DNA from: a virus
IMG/VR virus record: IMGVR_UViG_3300047444_000198
Coordinates: 1-64,000 of that record
Strand: one strand, 5' to 3'
DNA length: 64,000 nt
A program made the position numbers and the translations under genes. This document shows, one piece after another, positions 28,559 to 39,174 of the stretch. A model generated the notes under the pieces. That model was not told the origin of the DNA and did not search any database. It saw nothing but the letters and a program-made list of their open reading frames with translations. Position 1 is the stretch's first letter, and each line of letters opens with the position of its first letter.

Positions 28559-28831
28559 ATGATCGATACGAACGATTTCGGGCGGCGGTTCGCTGACCGG
28601 CTCTTCGACATCTCGGCTGAGAACCAAGGGATCAGCCGGATCGAAGTAGTGCGGCGCTACCACACGGACAGCAAGTACAAGGGGATGGTGGACGCCATCG
28701 TGTGGGCCGCAACGACGGTGATCCAGTCGATCGAGCAAGACGGCTGGGACCCCCTCGGCTCACTGCAAGAGACCTTCCAGCACGAGGTGTCGGGCCTGCT
28801 GGACATCGATGCACCCGGTTCCGAGCACTGA
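28559..28831 (+). CDS. Hypothetical protein, leaderless
   Basis: TATACT, 6 nt, ATG. Its stop codon lies inside a 13-mer motif. Confidence 0.6.
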   Translation: MIDTNDFGRRFADRLFDISAENQGISRIEVVRRYHTDSKYKGMVDAIVWAATTVIQSIEQDGWDPLGSLQETFQHEVSGLLDIDAPGSEH

Positions 28832-28839
28832 CACTGACA

Positions 28840-29118
28840 ATGGCCCTCGTTCACCTTCAAGCCCTACTACCCAGTTCTGATGGTACTGGCTGGTACGCCG
28901 CCGCAGAAGGCAACATCTGCCGGTGTTCCACCCGCCACTGCCAGAGGCTCGCCGTGGCCTACCACCACCATCCCGGCACCCGTAAGCGGATGTGGCGGAA
29001 CAAGTACCGCTGCATGGAGCACCTACCCCCCGGCCTCAACGTCATGTACGGACGGGTCTGGCTGGACCGACCCCCCAAAGAGTCCGTTCGGCCCACATCG
29101 CAGGGTTCCGCATCGTAG
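28840..29118 (+). CDS. Hypothetical Cys/His protein
   Basis: ATG directly after the 13-mer motif. Confidence 0.45.
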   Translation: MALVHLQALLPSSDGTGWYAAAEGNICRCSTRHCQRLAVAYHHHPGTRKRMWRNKYRCMEHLPPGLNVMYGRVWLDRPPKESVRPTSQGSAS

Positions 29119-29130
29119 TAATCTCTAGCC

Positions 29131-29511
29131 ATGGCAAGCGTGGCAGAGACAGAGAAGCGCAACCGGTACTGGTTCGAGAACTGGCAGGACTTCACCTGCC
29201 AGGTGGTGGTCTCCACCCCGGCTCAGCGCTCCCTGCACGTCGGGGCCATCGTGAGCGGCCTCTTCGCCTCGATCCCGATCCCCTACCAGAGCCGGGACAC
29301 CGACTCGGGCACCTTCGTGATCCGCGACGGGTGCTTCTGGGTGTACTCGCCCCGGGAGACCTACTGCTGGCCCCTGAGCGAGGCCCAGGTCGCTCCCTGC
29401 CGTGACGGCGTGGAAGTCCGGTGCCCCAACCACCCCGTGGTCACCCTGCGGGGACCGGTAGCAGCCCCGCTCGCTGGTGCCTACGCCAGCATGGGGCGCT
29501 TGGAGGTCTGA
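29131..29511 (+). CDS. Hypothetical protein, leaderless
   Basis: TAATCT, 6 nt, ATG. Confidence 0.6.
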   Translation: MASVAETEKRNRYWFENWQDFTCQVVVSTPAQRSLHVGAIVSGLFASIPIPYQSRDTDSGTFVIRDGCFWVYSPRETYCWPLSEAQVAPCRDGVEVRCPNHPVVTLRGPVAAPLAGAYASMGRLEV

Positions 29512-31390
29512 TGACCTCTGAGGTTCCCATCTACCTGATCCTGTTCGGTGCCCAGGGCTACCGCAGCCACCCGATCCGCTCGATCCGCCACATCGGCATC
29601 GAGCGGATCGAAGAGGACGGACTCATGGTGGTACCACGTTGCAACGTCCACTACCGAGGCTCGAAAGACCTCAGCCCTCGCCGCTTCCGTGAAGCCGAGG
29701 GTGTAGAGCAGGACTACCCGGTGTGCAAGCGCTGTCTGGCCTGGAAGGAATACGACTACGGCGTATGACCAAGCACAACGTGTTCGTGAACGACAAGGTG
29801 CATGTCCGACGCCGCCAGTGCGAGACGTGCATCTTCGGGAAGAACTCCCCGATCAACACCGAGCGTCGCGACGAAATGGTCGCCAAGTGCGGTGACGAAG
29901 GTGTTATCCCCTGTCACAAGCACATCCACCAGGATGCGCCGATCGAGCCGGTCTGCCACGGCTTCTACGCCCTCAAGGGCAACATGACCCTGCGCCTGGC
30001 GGATGCGCTCGACTACATCGAATGGTGGGACGACTGATGTCGGCGGCTAGCGAGATGACGGCGGTGCTCAACCGCATGCAGGCCTTACTGGATCACCTCA
30101 AAGCAGAGCCCTGGATCGAGTACGACACGATCTTGGTGCGCTCCGAAGTGATCCTGACAAAGCGGGCCTTCACAGAGCTACAGAAGGTCGCCAAGGCGAT
30201 CAGCAAGGTCAGGCCCGAAGACACGAGAGGGCCGGGTGTGCCGTGGTACGAGGGCGTACTGGACGACATGGTATGAGCACCGCCCACCACCGCACCGACT
30301 GGGAGGTCTACGCCGTCAGCGCCTGCTGGGTGGCGATGTGGGTCGTCCTAGCCATCTGCTTCACCATCCTGGCGATCTACGGCACCATGTTCGGCGTGGC
30401 CACGATGAAGGCGCACTGGCCATGAGCCGCAACAACCGACGCGGTGCAGGCCACAAGAAGCCCGCGCCGAGTGACCGGCGTATGACGCCCCACCATGACC
30501 GAGAGGTGCGGTATTGGACGCCAGGTGAGGATGACGACGTGCCCTTCGGGTTCCACGAGACGAACCTGGCCCCCTGGGAGCAGCCCTACGCCCTAGAGGA
30601 CGACAAGGAGCAGGAGTGATCCGCTACTTCCTCCAGGGTCGCTACGGCCCGTGGTACGAGATCGAGGAGATGCAGTGGGCCGAGGCAGTGGGCCTGCCCG
30701 TGGTGACTCAGCCCGACGACTACCTCTACGAGGAGTACGACCTGCCCCTGATGCGCTGTGTCGTCGTCAACACCGCCAAAGCCTGGAAGGACGACATCAA
30801 GCGAGAGTTCCCCGGGCTCCAGGACTTGATCTGGTTCCCCGACATGCGCTGCGGCGAGTGCGGAGGCCGTCTGGTGGACGAACTGGCCTCAGAGCCCGAC
30901 AAGCGATACCCGCGCTACGTCCACGCCACCGGCATGATGGACCGCCATGGTGCCTGGCCCGTGGAACAATGGGACTGATGACTGTCGCGCTGATGGGCCT
31001 CGATGACCGCGTGATGCACCTGCCGAGCGATGAGCACGGCAAGGCGCAGTGCGGCGAGCGCATGCGCGACCCCTGGGCGGCTGGCCCTCTGGAGACGATT
31101 GCTCAGTCGGCTTCCGAAGCCTGTGAAAGCTGCTTCGATTTCTAGCCACTGACACTGACAACTACGGTGCCGCCGTGCACGTGATGTTGGTGGAGCGCCT
31201 GGACCGCCACAACCGGGTCGTGGTAGCACATGGCACCGTCGATGGTCAGGCCGCAGGCGCGTTCGTGCGCTCCCTGGTCACCGACACGATCTCGGCCGAG
31301 TGTGAGGACGGCTGGGATCTGTGGCGCTGGTACGTGCGTCAACACAAGGGCCGACGTCAAGTCAACAAGGTCAACATCTACCGCGCCTAG
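29511..31390 (+). other. Run of translationally coupled small hypothetical CDSs (29511-29768, 29765-30037, 30037-30276, 30273-30425, 30422-30619, 30616-30978, 30978-31145, 31175-31390)
   Basis: ATGA/TGATG overlaps tile the interval; several have Cys/His zinc motifs and one has a TM helix. Confidence 0.6.
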
Positions 31391-31557
31391 CTGTCAGTGT
31401 CAGTGGCCCATAGTGGCCCTTATGTCAAGTCGGGCGCTGGTAGCCGCTCAGCGCGTCGTGGCATCGCTTCCGTTCGGTGCTGTCATGATCGGTGATCGGA
31501 CGCCCACATTCGGGACAGCACGGTTCGTCAGTCACGCCGCGACGCTAGACGCTGTCA

Positions 31558-33331
31558 TCATCGGTACACGACCACCATGCCCACGACGCCGCGAAGCAAC
31601 ACGACCTCGACGCCCAGGCCGTCGAAGTGCGCCCGGATCTCGTCCATGGGCAGGCTCAGGCTCTCCCCGGTGAGCCCCACCACGAGCACCGGGCGCCTCA
31701 GTGGCGCCGGTCGTGGTTCCACAGCAAATAGATCAAGAGGGCTAGGAACACCATGTCGATCAGACTCATCGGTCACTTCCGAACCGTCCTCGTGTTGCGC
31801 TCAAGCCAGTAGATGTCGTTGATGTCCCAGTCGTTCATGCTGATGGCCCCACAGGCGCAGCGGCGCACGAACACGTGCACGTTGTTCTTGTCGGTGTAGC
31901 CGCCTCGGGTCTGCGTCCAGCAGGTGTGACTCTTGGGCGGGACGATGGCGTCGTGCCACGGCACACCGTTGAGGTTCCACATCTCGGTACCAGATGGTGT
32001 GTCCTCACGGATGAACACCCCCTGCGGCGGCATGTCCTCGGTGACGGTGTTGAAGAACGGCACCTTGTGGCGCCGCATGAGGACCGAGGTGACGACCACG
32101 CTGGCGACGAAGCTGATCACCAGAGCGATAACGAAGATCCCGATCATGGTCGCTCCCACTGGATCTGCGCCAGGTAGGCCCGAGCACAGGGCAGGCAATA
32201 GAACCGCGACCCTGGAGCTTCATCGCCTTCGATCTCGATGGCCACAGAGGCCCCCTTGTCGCACGACCCACCTTCGGGCATCCACCGACCGAACGGGAGC
32301 ACGCCCTGGTAGATCAACATGCGCTGCTGCTCGTCCGAGAGCCCGTTCCAGCACGTGAGCCCGAACCATCCGGTCGTAGGAGTGTCCATCACGGCGCCAG
32401 CCTCCGTAGTGACACCAGGCACCGCTTGCACGTCACGAACTTGGCGTCATGAGGATTCACGGCGCGACCCTTCTTGGTCCCACACAGAGGCACGCCATTG
32501 ACGCGCAGGTGGATGGGCGGCTGGCGCTTCATAAGGCTGGACACTCACCCTGCATGTGCTCCCAGCCCGCCTCGTCAGAGCCGAAGCGGAACCACCCGGC
32601 CTCGATGGGCTTCCCGCACTTGCGGCACGTCACGACCGTCAAGGGCTGCACCATGGTCTCAACGGCCAGCAGCTTCGGCCCTTGACTCAACCCATGCTGC
32701 AACTTGACCCCGGTGTCGAACCCGGCCTGGTAGAAGCTCTCGTTCTCAGCCCTCGCAGCGTCCAGAGCGGCCTGTAGCTGTTCGATGGCGTCAGCGGCGG
32801 CGAGTGCATCTCGTGGGGAAGCCGTATCCCGTAGCCGTCGCACGAGGTCGCTGTAGTCGCTCATCGCAGCGCCGCCCGCATGGCGTTGACGACGCGGCCC
32901 TCACTGCTGCCGTCCCGGACCATGGGCTGCCACTTGATACCGTCGTCCACCCTCGTGTAGGGCAGGTGCGCGCAGGCTTCCGTGGACGGGCTGACCACCA
33001 TGATGTTCATGGCTTCACGCACGGTCCGGTCCCCGGCCAGGAACCGCGCCTGTAGCTCCCCGGGGACCAGATCCGGGAACGGGTCGCTGATCTTGGCCGT
33101 CAGACAATACGTGTCCACCGTCAGACAGGCCATCACCACCGGATCAGCTTCCGCCCACTGCGCCGCGAACGCCGCCAGGCCCAGCAACACCTCGTCCACG
33201 TTGTCGGCGCCCATGAGCACCACCATCGTGCCCGAGCGCTGCGTGGTGGTGATCTGAGCGTTCCAGCGCTCCCCGGAGAACATCTCCTGGACGAGCTTGA
33301 TCTCAAGTTCCAGCCGCTCGTTCACCGTCAT
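31558..33331 (-). other. Run of coupled small hypothetical CDSs (31558-31776, 31773-32147, 32144-32389, 32389-32532, 32529-32864, 32861-33331)
   Basis: Start/stop overlaps. 32389-32532 (MKRQPPIHLRVNGVPLCG...TCKRC) was found manually. Confidence 0.6.
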
Positions 33332-33600
33332 GCCGCCGCCGTCCGCTCCACCATGGCCCGCAGGCGCTCGATCTTGTCATCCTGACGGCAGACGTCCACG
33401 AAGGCGATCCCGCCCCATATGCCGTACAGCGGGAAGCCCGCCTCGACGGCCTGGAGCGCCAGGAGAGCGCAGTCGCGCTGCCCCGGGCACCCCTGGCACA
33501 CCGACAGCGCCCGAGCCCGCTTGGCCCGCCCCATGCGCCCGATACCCCAGTCGTCGGGGAACATGGACGGAGCATCCGGTAGCTGACAGTTGGTGATCAC
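33328..33600 (-). CDS. Divergent WhiB-family protein
   Basis: C...F...CQGCP..RDC..LAL...GIWGG. Confidence 0.8.
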   Translation of the reverse strand: MITNCQLPDAPSMFPDDWGIGRMGRAKRARALSVCQGCPGQRDCALLALQAVEAGFPLYGIWGGIAFVDVCRQDDKIERLRAMVERTAAA

Positions 33601-33616
33601 TTGCCCCCCAGCACGT

Positions 33617-33871
33617 TCATGCAGTCCTCTTCTGTCGCGCCGGTACCTTCTTGGCCGGTACCCGCTTCATGACCTTCTTGGGCACTTCCTTGGTCGCCTT
33701 GACCGGCTTCACCGGCTTGTCCAGTTGCGGCGCCAGGAACGGCTCCTCTTGCAGGTAGCCCTCCAGCGCCTTGCGGATGATCGTGTTCCGGGGCACCCCC
33801 GAGTTGTCGCTGAAGGCCACAAGGCGCTCAGCCAGTTCGTCGGGGAGCCGGATGTTCGTGGTATAGGTCAT
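33617..33871 (-). CDS. Ribbon-helix-helix DNA-binding protein with Lys-rich tail
   Basis: TTNIRLPDELAERL.......RNTIIRKALEGYL. Confidence 0.8.
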   Translation of the reverse strand: MTYTTNIRLPDELAERLVAFSDNSGVPRNTIIRKALEGYLQEEPFLAPQLDKPVKPVKATKEVPKKVMKRVPAKKVPARQKRTA

Positions 33872-34236
33872 TACTGGACAGTACCAGTTAGTTCGTCCAA
33901 CAGTTCCCGGAGGTTCCCCAGGGCCTCCGTGTTGCGCCCGGGGTAGGGCTCGTAGATGGCCCCCTCATAGAACGAGAGCGCGGCATAGAGCCACGACAAG
34001 GCGGCGTCCAGTTGGCGCTGGGAGATCTCCCCACCACCCCCCAGCGTCGTCAGAGCGGCGACACCCATGTGCACGGGCGTGTCCGTCTTCCTGGACGAGG
34101 CCGAGACCATGCCCTCCGGAATCGGCACCCCTGGCTGCCACCGCAGCGCCAACTCGAACAGCCGGTCCCAGTGAAAGCTCCGGCGCCCGTCCTCATCCCG
34201 AGGCAGCCGGTAGTACGGCACCGCTTCTAGTTCCAT
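33871..34236 (-). CDS. Hypothetical protein
   Basis: 121-aa ORF coupled to the downstream gene. Confidence 0.5.
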   Translation of the reverse strand: MELEAVPYYRLPRDEDGRRSFHWDRLFELALRWQPGVPIPEGMVSASSRKTDTPVHMGVAALTTLGGGGEISQRQLDAALSWLYAALSFYEGAIYEPYPGRNTEALGNLRELLDELTGTVQ

Positions 34237-34367
34237 CCCCCTAACCTAGCCCCTGGTACCACCCAGCAACATAGGTCGGAAGGCCCCTTGGTAGGTAGTA
34301 GGGGCGCTCCTGGCCGTGGAAGGACTTGCCGGTCCCTACCCCGTAGGAGCGCCCCTGGAACACTCTA

Positions 34368-34586
34368 CTACTCCTCCCACCGCCCGAGAGCCGCATCCCA
34401 CTGCCTCTGAATGGCCCTGGCCCCGGCAAAGTCCCGAGCCACACTCTCGGGCGTGGAAGAGGGCGGCAGCGCCCCATCCAGGAGCCTCACCATCAACTGG
34501 TTGGTACTGACCCCCTCCACCACCGCCCTAGCCTTCACGCGGCGCCACAACTCCTCGGGCATGCGAATGCTGGAGTTGTGGCTCAC
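34368..34586 (-). CDS. Arc-like ribbon-helix-helix protein
   Basis: SSIRMPEELWRRVKARAVVEGVSTNQLMVRLL. Confidence 0.8.
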   Translation of the reverse strand: MSHNSSIRMPEELWRRVKARAVVEGVSTNQLMVRLLDGALPPSSTPESVARDFAGARAIQRQWDAALGRWEE

Positions 34587-34888
34587 TTGAAGTCCTTGAC
34601 CCTCTTCGCGGCCATGGCAGCCATCTTCTTGTCCACCAACCCCTGGAGATCAGTACCACTTGATACCGGCCCAGCAAGGGAGGGCGGTTGAGGGATGCCC
34701 TGGCGCTTACTCACAGCCTGAGGAGGAGCAGCCCTCTTCGAGGACGGCTTCTTGGTGGGGTCTCGTCCCAAGCTCGCTTCGAGCAGCCTGGTGATGAGGT
34801 TGTTCAGTGAACGGCTTTCGGCAGTTGCACTCACTTGCAAGCGCTCGTACAACCGATCGTCCATGCGGATGGTCACATTGCGCGTCAT
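34583..34888 (-). CDS. Arc-like ribbon-helix-helix protein
   Basis: NVTIRMDDRLYERL..SA..ESRSLNNLITRLLE; leaderless TATCGT, 6 nt, ATG at 34888. Confidence 0.8.
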   Translation of the reverse strand: MTRNVTIRMDDRLYERLQVSATAESRSLNNLITRLLEASLGRDPTKKPSSKRAAPPQAVSKRQGIPQPPSLAGPVSSGTDLQGLVDKKMAAMAAKRVKDFK

Positions 34889-34999
34889 ATGCACACGATA
34901 GCACTCACTTGCACTCATACGCCACCCCCCACACGAGCTACACGAGGAAACACGACAACACGAGGAAATGGCCCTTGACCTGCACAAACGGGTGATCAG

Positions 35000-35465
35000 G
35001 GCCGGTGACATGTGTCACGGGACCATTAATGCGCCCGGGTAGGCCGTATGGCCTACCCACGCACACCCTCTGACCTGGTGTTTCACACCTGGTGAGGTTT
35101 GTCAACAACATAGGCCGTAGGGCCTATGTTGTGTTACCAGGTGGTAGTGTGCTAGGGGTGCTCATGTTGTGTGAACATGAGCGCATTAGGGCAGGTCACA
35201 GTACGTGCCCATGGTCACGACAGGCGTGTGAGTGTGTCACTCACGCCTAAGGCTAGGTTGGGTAGGGTGTGACTCATGTCATTGCCTGCCCATGGCATGG
35301 ACGTGACTTGACACACCCTGTCTATAGGCTGAACGACCCTTATAGGCCTGGCCCATGGCGCCGAACTACTCCGCACTTGGTACCGAGCGGTACTAGGGGG
35401 ACAACGCAAAGGGCGCCCTGTGAGGGGCGCCCTTATACGGTGTGACCAGGTTGTCAGTGTCAGTG
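35000..35465. other. Non-coding, inverted-repeat-dense region (candidate genome end or origin)
   Basis: Stems at 35037-35058, 35105-35132, 35160-35182, 35222-35248 and 35409-35434; no credible ORF. Confidence 0.55.
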
Positions 35466-35476
35466 CTCGCCAGGCG

Positions 35477-37021
35477 TCACCCCTCCCGGTAGCTATCGAG
35501 CAGTGCGGCGGCGATGCTGTCGTCGTCCAGGATCGTGGTCGCTGTACCGTCCAGTACGGTGCCAGTCACGGCAGCCTTGTCATTGAGGATCGACATGAGC
35601 CGTTCATCCACCGTCGCCACGCCATTGGTACCGAGCATGATGTGGCTCACGACCTCGCGAGTCTGGCCGATACGGTCTAGGCGATCCTCGACCTGTTGTA
35701 GGTCTCCGGGCGTCCACGGTAGCTCCGCGACGACGATATGACGGGCCGCCGTGAGCGTGAATCCCACGCCAGCGGCGACGATGTTCCCCGCCAGTACCCG
35801 GGCCTTGCCTGACTGAAAGGCGTCTACGGCAGCTTGTTTCTGGACCGTGGAATCGTTCCCTGTGATGGTCACGGCGCCGAACGCCTCGACCATGGCGCGG
35901 ATCGTGTCGGTATGCGTGGCGGCGATGAACACTTGCTCGCCCTCGTCCAGGAGCCCTTGCACGTACTCGACCACGGCCGCGACCTTAGCCTGGCCGATAA
36001 GGCGCCGCAGGGTATTGAGCAGTACCAGAGCCTCAGCCTTGCCTGCGGACTCAGCAGCCTTGTCGCCACGCTCGCCCCGCACGTAGGCAATCAGGTCATC
36101 TTGCGCCCGCACGTAGTCACGTGCAGCCGTCCCGGCCATGGCGGTCCCGACACTGATACGGCCCTTGCCTGGCAGCGTGAGCACTTCCGAACGCAGGCGC
36201 CGCAGGTAGAACGTGGAGACCATGGTCTCGTGAAGCTCACTCAGGTACGCACTCCCACGCGTGCCCCACCGGTCCAGTACCGGACAGTAGCGATTGAGGA
36301 ACGACCACCAGCCGCCGAACACATGATCGACGCCCGCGATACGTAGCTGGGTGGCTAGTTCACTGGGCCGGTTGACGATAGCCGTGCCACTCATGAGCAC
36401 CCGCAGTGCACCATGGGGGAGCGTGGCGGCGAGCGCCATGGCGGCACGTGCGCGTTGTGCCTTGTATGACTTGAATCGATGCGCCTCGTCTACCACCAGG
36501 GCGCGGATGCCCATCGTGGTCAGTACCCCGTTCACTACGTCACGTGACTTCCCGGTCCGCTGGTCAGTCACCTTGACCAGACCGGCCCACTTGCTGAGTA
36601 CAGCGTCACCGATCACGTAGAAGTCAGCGTCGGCAGGCAGCACCGGCTTGGTACCAGTCAGCACCACCACGCGGGCACCCGGCACCAGCCGCACAATCTC
36701 GTTCCGCCAGTTGAGCGTGAGGCTAGGGGGACACACAACGAGAGCCGGGTACGTGCTGGGTGCCAGCGCAATGGCGGCGATGGCGGCGAACGTCTTACCC
36801 AGGCCCATCTCGTCGCCGACGTAGCTACCGCCGAACCGGGCGACGTCGGCATGGATGCGCTGGACTGCCTCGACCTGGTGGTCAAGGAGGGGCAGCGCGA
36901 GAGCCGTGAAGTCGAACGACGTCGTAGCGGCGATGGCGGTGGCGGCGACGACGGTAGGCAGGGCCGCGCTAGGCGTGGCGGCGAAGAATGCGGACAGGGC
37001 GTTAGTGGGTGCGTTGGTCAC
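35477..37021 (-). CDS. SNF2-family (HARP/SMARCAL1-like) helicase
   Basis: GDEMGLGKT, VVCP, VVDEAH, MSGT, RRL, GVGFTLT, WTP...QVEDRLDRIGQ. True start likely GTG 37021 (leaderless). Confidence 0.92.
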   Translation of the reverse strand: MTNAPTNALSAFFAATPSAALPTVVAATAIAATTSFDFTALALPLLDHQVEAVQRIHADVARFGGSYVGDEMGLGKTFAAIAAIALAPSTYPALVVCPPSLTLNWRNEIVRLVPGARVVVLTGTKPVLPADADFYVIGDAVLSKWAGLVKVTDQRTGKSRDVVNGVLTTMGIRALVVDEAHRFKSYKAQRARAAMALAATLPHGALRVLMSGTAIVNRPSELATQLRIAGVDHVFGGWWSFLNRYCPVLDRWGTRGSAYLSELHETMVSTFYLRRLRSEVLTLPGKGRISVGTAMAGTAARDYVRAQDDLIAYVRGERGDKAAESAGKAEALVLLNTLRRLIGQAKVAAVVEYVQGLLDEGEQVFIAATHTDTIRAMVEAFGAVTITGNDSTVQKQAAVDAFQSGKARVLAGNIVAAGVGFTLTAARHIVVAELPWTPGDLQQVEDRLDRIGQTREVVSHIMLGTNGVATVDERLMSILNDKAAVTGTVLDGTATTILDDDSIAAALLDSYREG

Positions 37022-37028
37022 GAGAGAA

Positions 37029-37085
37029 AGCCTATCAGGTAGTTGAGTCAACAGGTGGTCAGGAGGCATAGGCCATTCGGCCTAT
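37029..37085 (-). promoter_or_regulatory. Promoter cassette P1 (SNF2)
   Basis: AGGCC-GAAT-GGCCT dyad, GTTGACTCAAC, TAGGCT, 7 nt, GTG (dyad-to-box spacing longer than usual). Confidence 0.75.
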
Positions 37086-37094
37086 TTGCCCTGG

Positions 37095-37985
37095 TCAGGC
37101 GTGGTGCATGGGGTACTGCCCACGGTAGTCCGGCGTGCTCGCGAGGCACGGTTCCCCCACGGTCTCGACCAGGTTGGCACCACACTCGGCGCACGCTTCC
37201 GACAGGATGGCGTCCACGGTCGTGTAGCTAGGCGCTACCACCTTTCCGGACGGACGGGTCACGGGCCGACCGAGCACGTCGGCAGCTTCCTCATAGGTGG
37301 GATACCACCAGCCGTGACGGGCGGCGCACTTCGGGCCGTACCCGGCCGCGAGGGACCTGTCGTCGTCAATATCAAGTCCGCAGTTACAGCAGAAGCCGTG
37401 CAGCTTCCCGAACGCGGACGCTTCCTCCTGGCTCATGGCATGGGCGACGCCCTCGCTCACGTAGCGCTTGACGATGGCGACACCACCCCGCACGTAGTCG
37501 AACGTGCGCCCACGGAGCACCTTGCACGCCTGATAGCCGTTCTGAGTCGTGTACAGCTTCCACACCGCGGACCCATCGTCCAGCGTGTAGAGACCGTTAT
37601 CGAGCACCAGGGTAGCGGCGGCGACCGTAGCCGCATCCGCCACGGCGCAATCGCCCTCATGATGGAACGTGAGCCACTTCCCGGTGCTTGACTTCTGAAT
37701 CCACCCAGCACCGGCCGGAACGTTCCCCTTGCACGTCTGGCACTTTCCGGGGTAGCCGTTCGACCGTTTGGCCGGAGCGGTAGCCGTGGCGGCGACAGTG
37801 TTCTTCATGCCTAGAAGCGCCTCGATCATGGCGCTAGCCGTGCCGGACTTCCCGCCCGTCAAGGTGCTCTCTAGTTGCGCCATGGCGGCGGGGACGTCAT
37901 TGATCCCGGTCTGGTCGGCGGGGATCTGCTGGAGCAGCGAACGGATGAAAGAGATCTGCTTAGGGGAAGCCGGTGCGTTGGTCAC
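37095..37985 (-). CDS. DUF6011-domain zinc-finger protein
   Basis: C-terminal CCNCG..I.DDRSL..GYGPKC; internal NGYPGKCQTC; N-terminal ASPKQI.FI. Confidence 0.75.
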   Translation of the reverse strand: MTNAPASPKQISFIRSLLQQIPADQTGINDVPAAMAQLESTLTGGKSGTASAMIEALLGMKNTVAATATAPAKRSNGYPGKCQTCKGNVPAGAGWIQKSSTGKWLTFHHEGDCAVADAATVAAATLVLDNGLYTLDDGSAVWKLYTTQNGYQACKVLRGRTFDYVRGGVAIVKRYVSEGVAHAMSQEEASAFGKLHGFCCNCGLDIDDDRSLAAGYGPKCAARHGWWYPTYEEAADVLGRPVTRPSGKVVAPSYTTVDAILSEACAECGANLVETVGEPCLASTPDYRGQYPMHHA

Positions 37986-37992
37986 GATCATG

Positions 37993-38050
37993 AGTCTAGG
38001 CGCTTTCTTAGGGTCCCGTATGGGCCATACGGCCCTTCTGTTGACTCACC
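37993..38050 (-). promoter_or_regulatory. Promoter cassette P2
   Basis: GGTGAGTCAAC, GGGCC-GTAT-GGCCCA, TAGACT, 7 nt, GTG. Confidence 0.75.
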
Positions 38051-38427
38051 TTAGGAGGGGCGGCGGGCCGTCACCACCAGGGGCACCGCGAGACCGTGCG
38101 CCACAGGGCGCCGCAGGCGTCCGGAGCACGTGTCGAACGTGGTCACCAGCACGTGGTCACCACGGTCCTCGACCTTGTGGACCGTGGAGACGTGCGCGAG
38201 CACGTCCCCCGGCCGCAGGTCACCGGCCAGCACAACCGTGCTCACGCCGTCACCTCGGCGTTGCGGCGCGCACGCCGCAGCTTGTCTTGCAGGCTCATAG
38301 CCTCAGCGGCCAGCGTGGGCCAGGCGTTGGCCTGGCAGTTGTGCCACTCGCTCGACAGGGCGAGGATCAGCGTGCTCATTTCGCCCGCTGTGAGCGTGAT
38401 CGTGGTGGGTGCGTTGGTCATGAGAGT

Positions 38428-38471
38428 ATCTTACCTCCAAGAGTTGAGTCAACAAATAGGCCATTCGGCCC
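38428..38471 (-). promoter_or_regulatory. Promoter cassette P3
   Basis: Dyad, GTTGACTCAAC, TAAGAT, 6 nt, ATG. Confidence 0.8.
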
Positions 38472-39130
38472 TTTGGCTCCAAGCTCCAAGGGCTAGCCCT
38501 CCCACTCACTGAGGAAGGCCAGCACGTCAGCCGTGTCCTGTGACGTAGCTCCAAGCACGCGCCCTGTGATGGTGCACGCATCGCCCGCACCGGTCACCGC
38601 GTACAGGTCGCCTCCAAGGTCGTAGAGCACGTGGAAGTTGTACGCACACATGAAGTTGCGCGATACGAAACGGCGGCGCAAGGCAGGCGTGACAGGGACG
38701 TCACGCTCGATCCGCGGCCAGGCGTCAGCCGGGAAGGGCCGCAGGTCCAGGTCCAGCATCACGGCACACGGTTGGCACGTGGGCACGTCACCCAGGATCG
38801 GATGCGAGACCACGCCCGCAGCGGGGCGCACGCACCGGGCGAACCACTTGCACGTGGTCACTTGACCGGCTCCAAGGGCGCCGATGCGAACAGGTTGCTT
38901 GCGTAGTACACGCGTCGCGACTGGTCGCCGTCCCGGTCCAAGAACCGAAAGCCCTTGTAGTTGCCGGTGTCCATGAGCACGTCCTCGATCATGCCAGCGA
39001 CCGCGTAGCGGGCCTGCACCTGGTCATCGGCCGAGTTGGCGAGCATGTTGTTGGCGAAGTCGAGCACGCGCTTGACGTTGATCGTCTTGCGAGCCTTGAC
39101 GTTGGTGCTGGTCGAGTAGGGCATGAGAGT

Positions 39131-39174
39131 ATCTTACCTCCTTGTTGACTCAACTACTATGGTCCATTAGGCCC
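39131..39174 (-). promoter_or_regulatory. Promoter cassette P4
   Basis: Dyad, GTTGAGTCAAC, TAAGAT, 6 nt, ATG. Confidence 0.8.

Noticed and set aside
37042-37052. TTGACT/TTGAGT in the palindrome as a sigmaA -35 box
   Set aside because: Its distance to TANNNT is variable and too short (about 9-15 nt), and the palindrome moves or disappears between copies.
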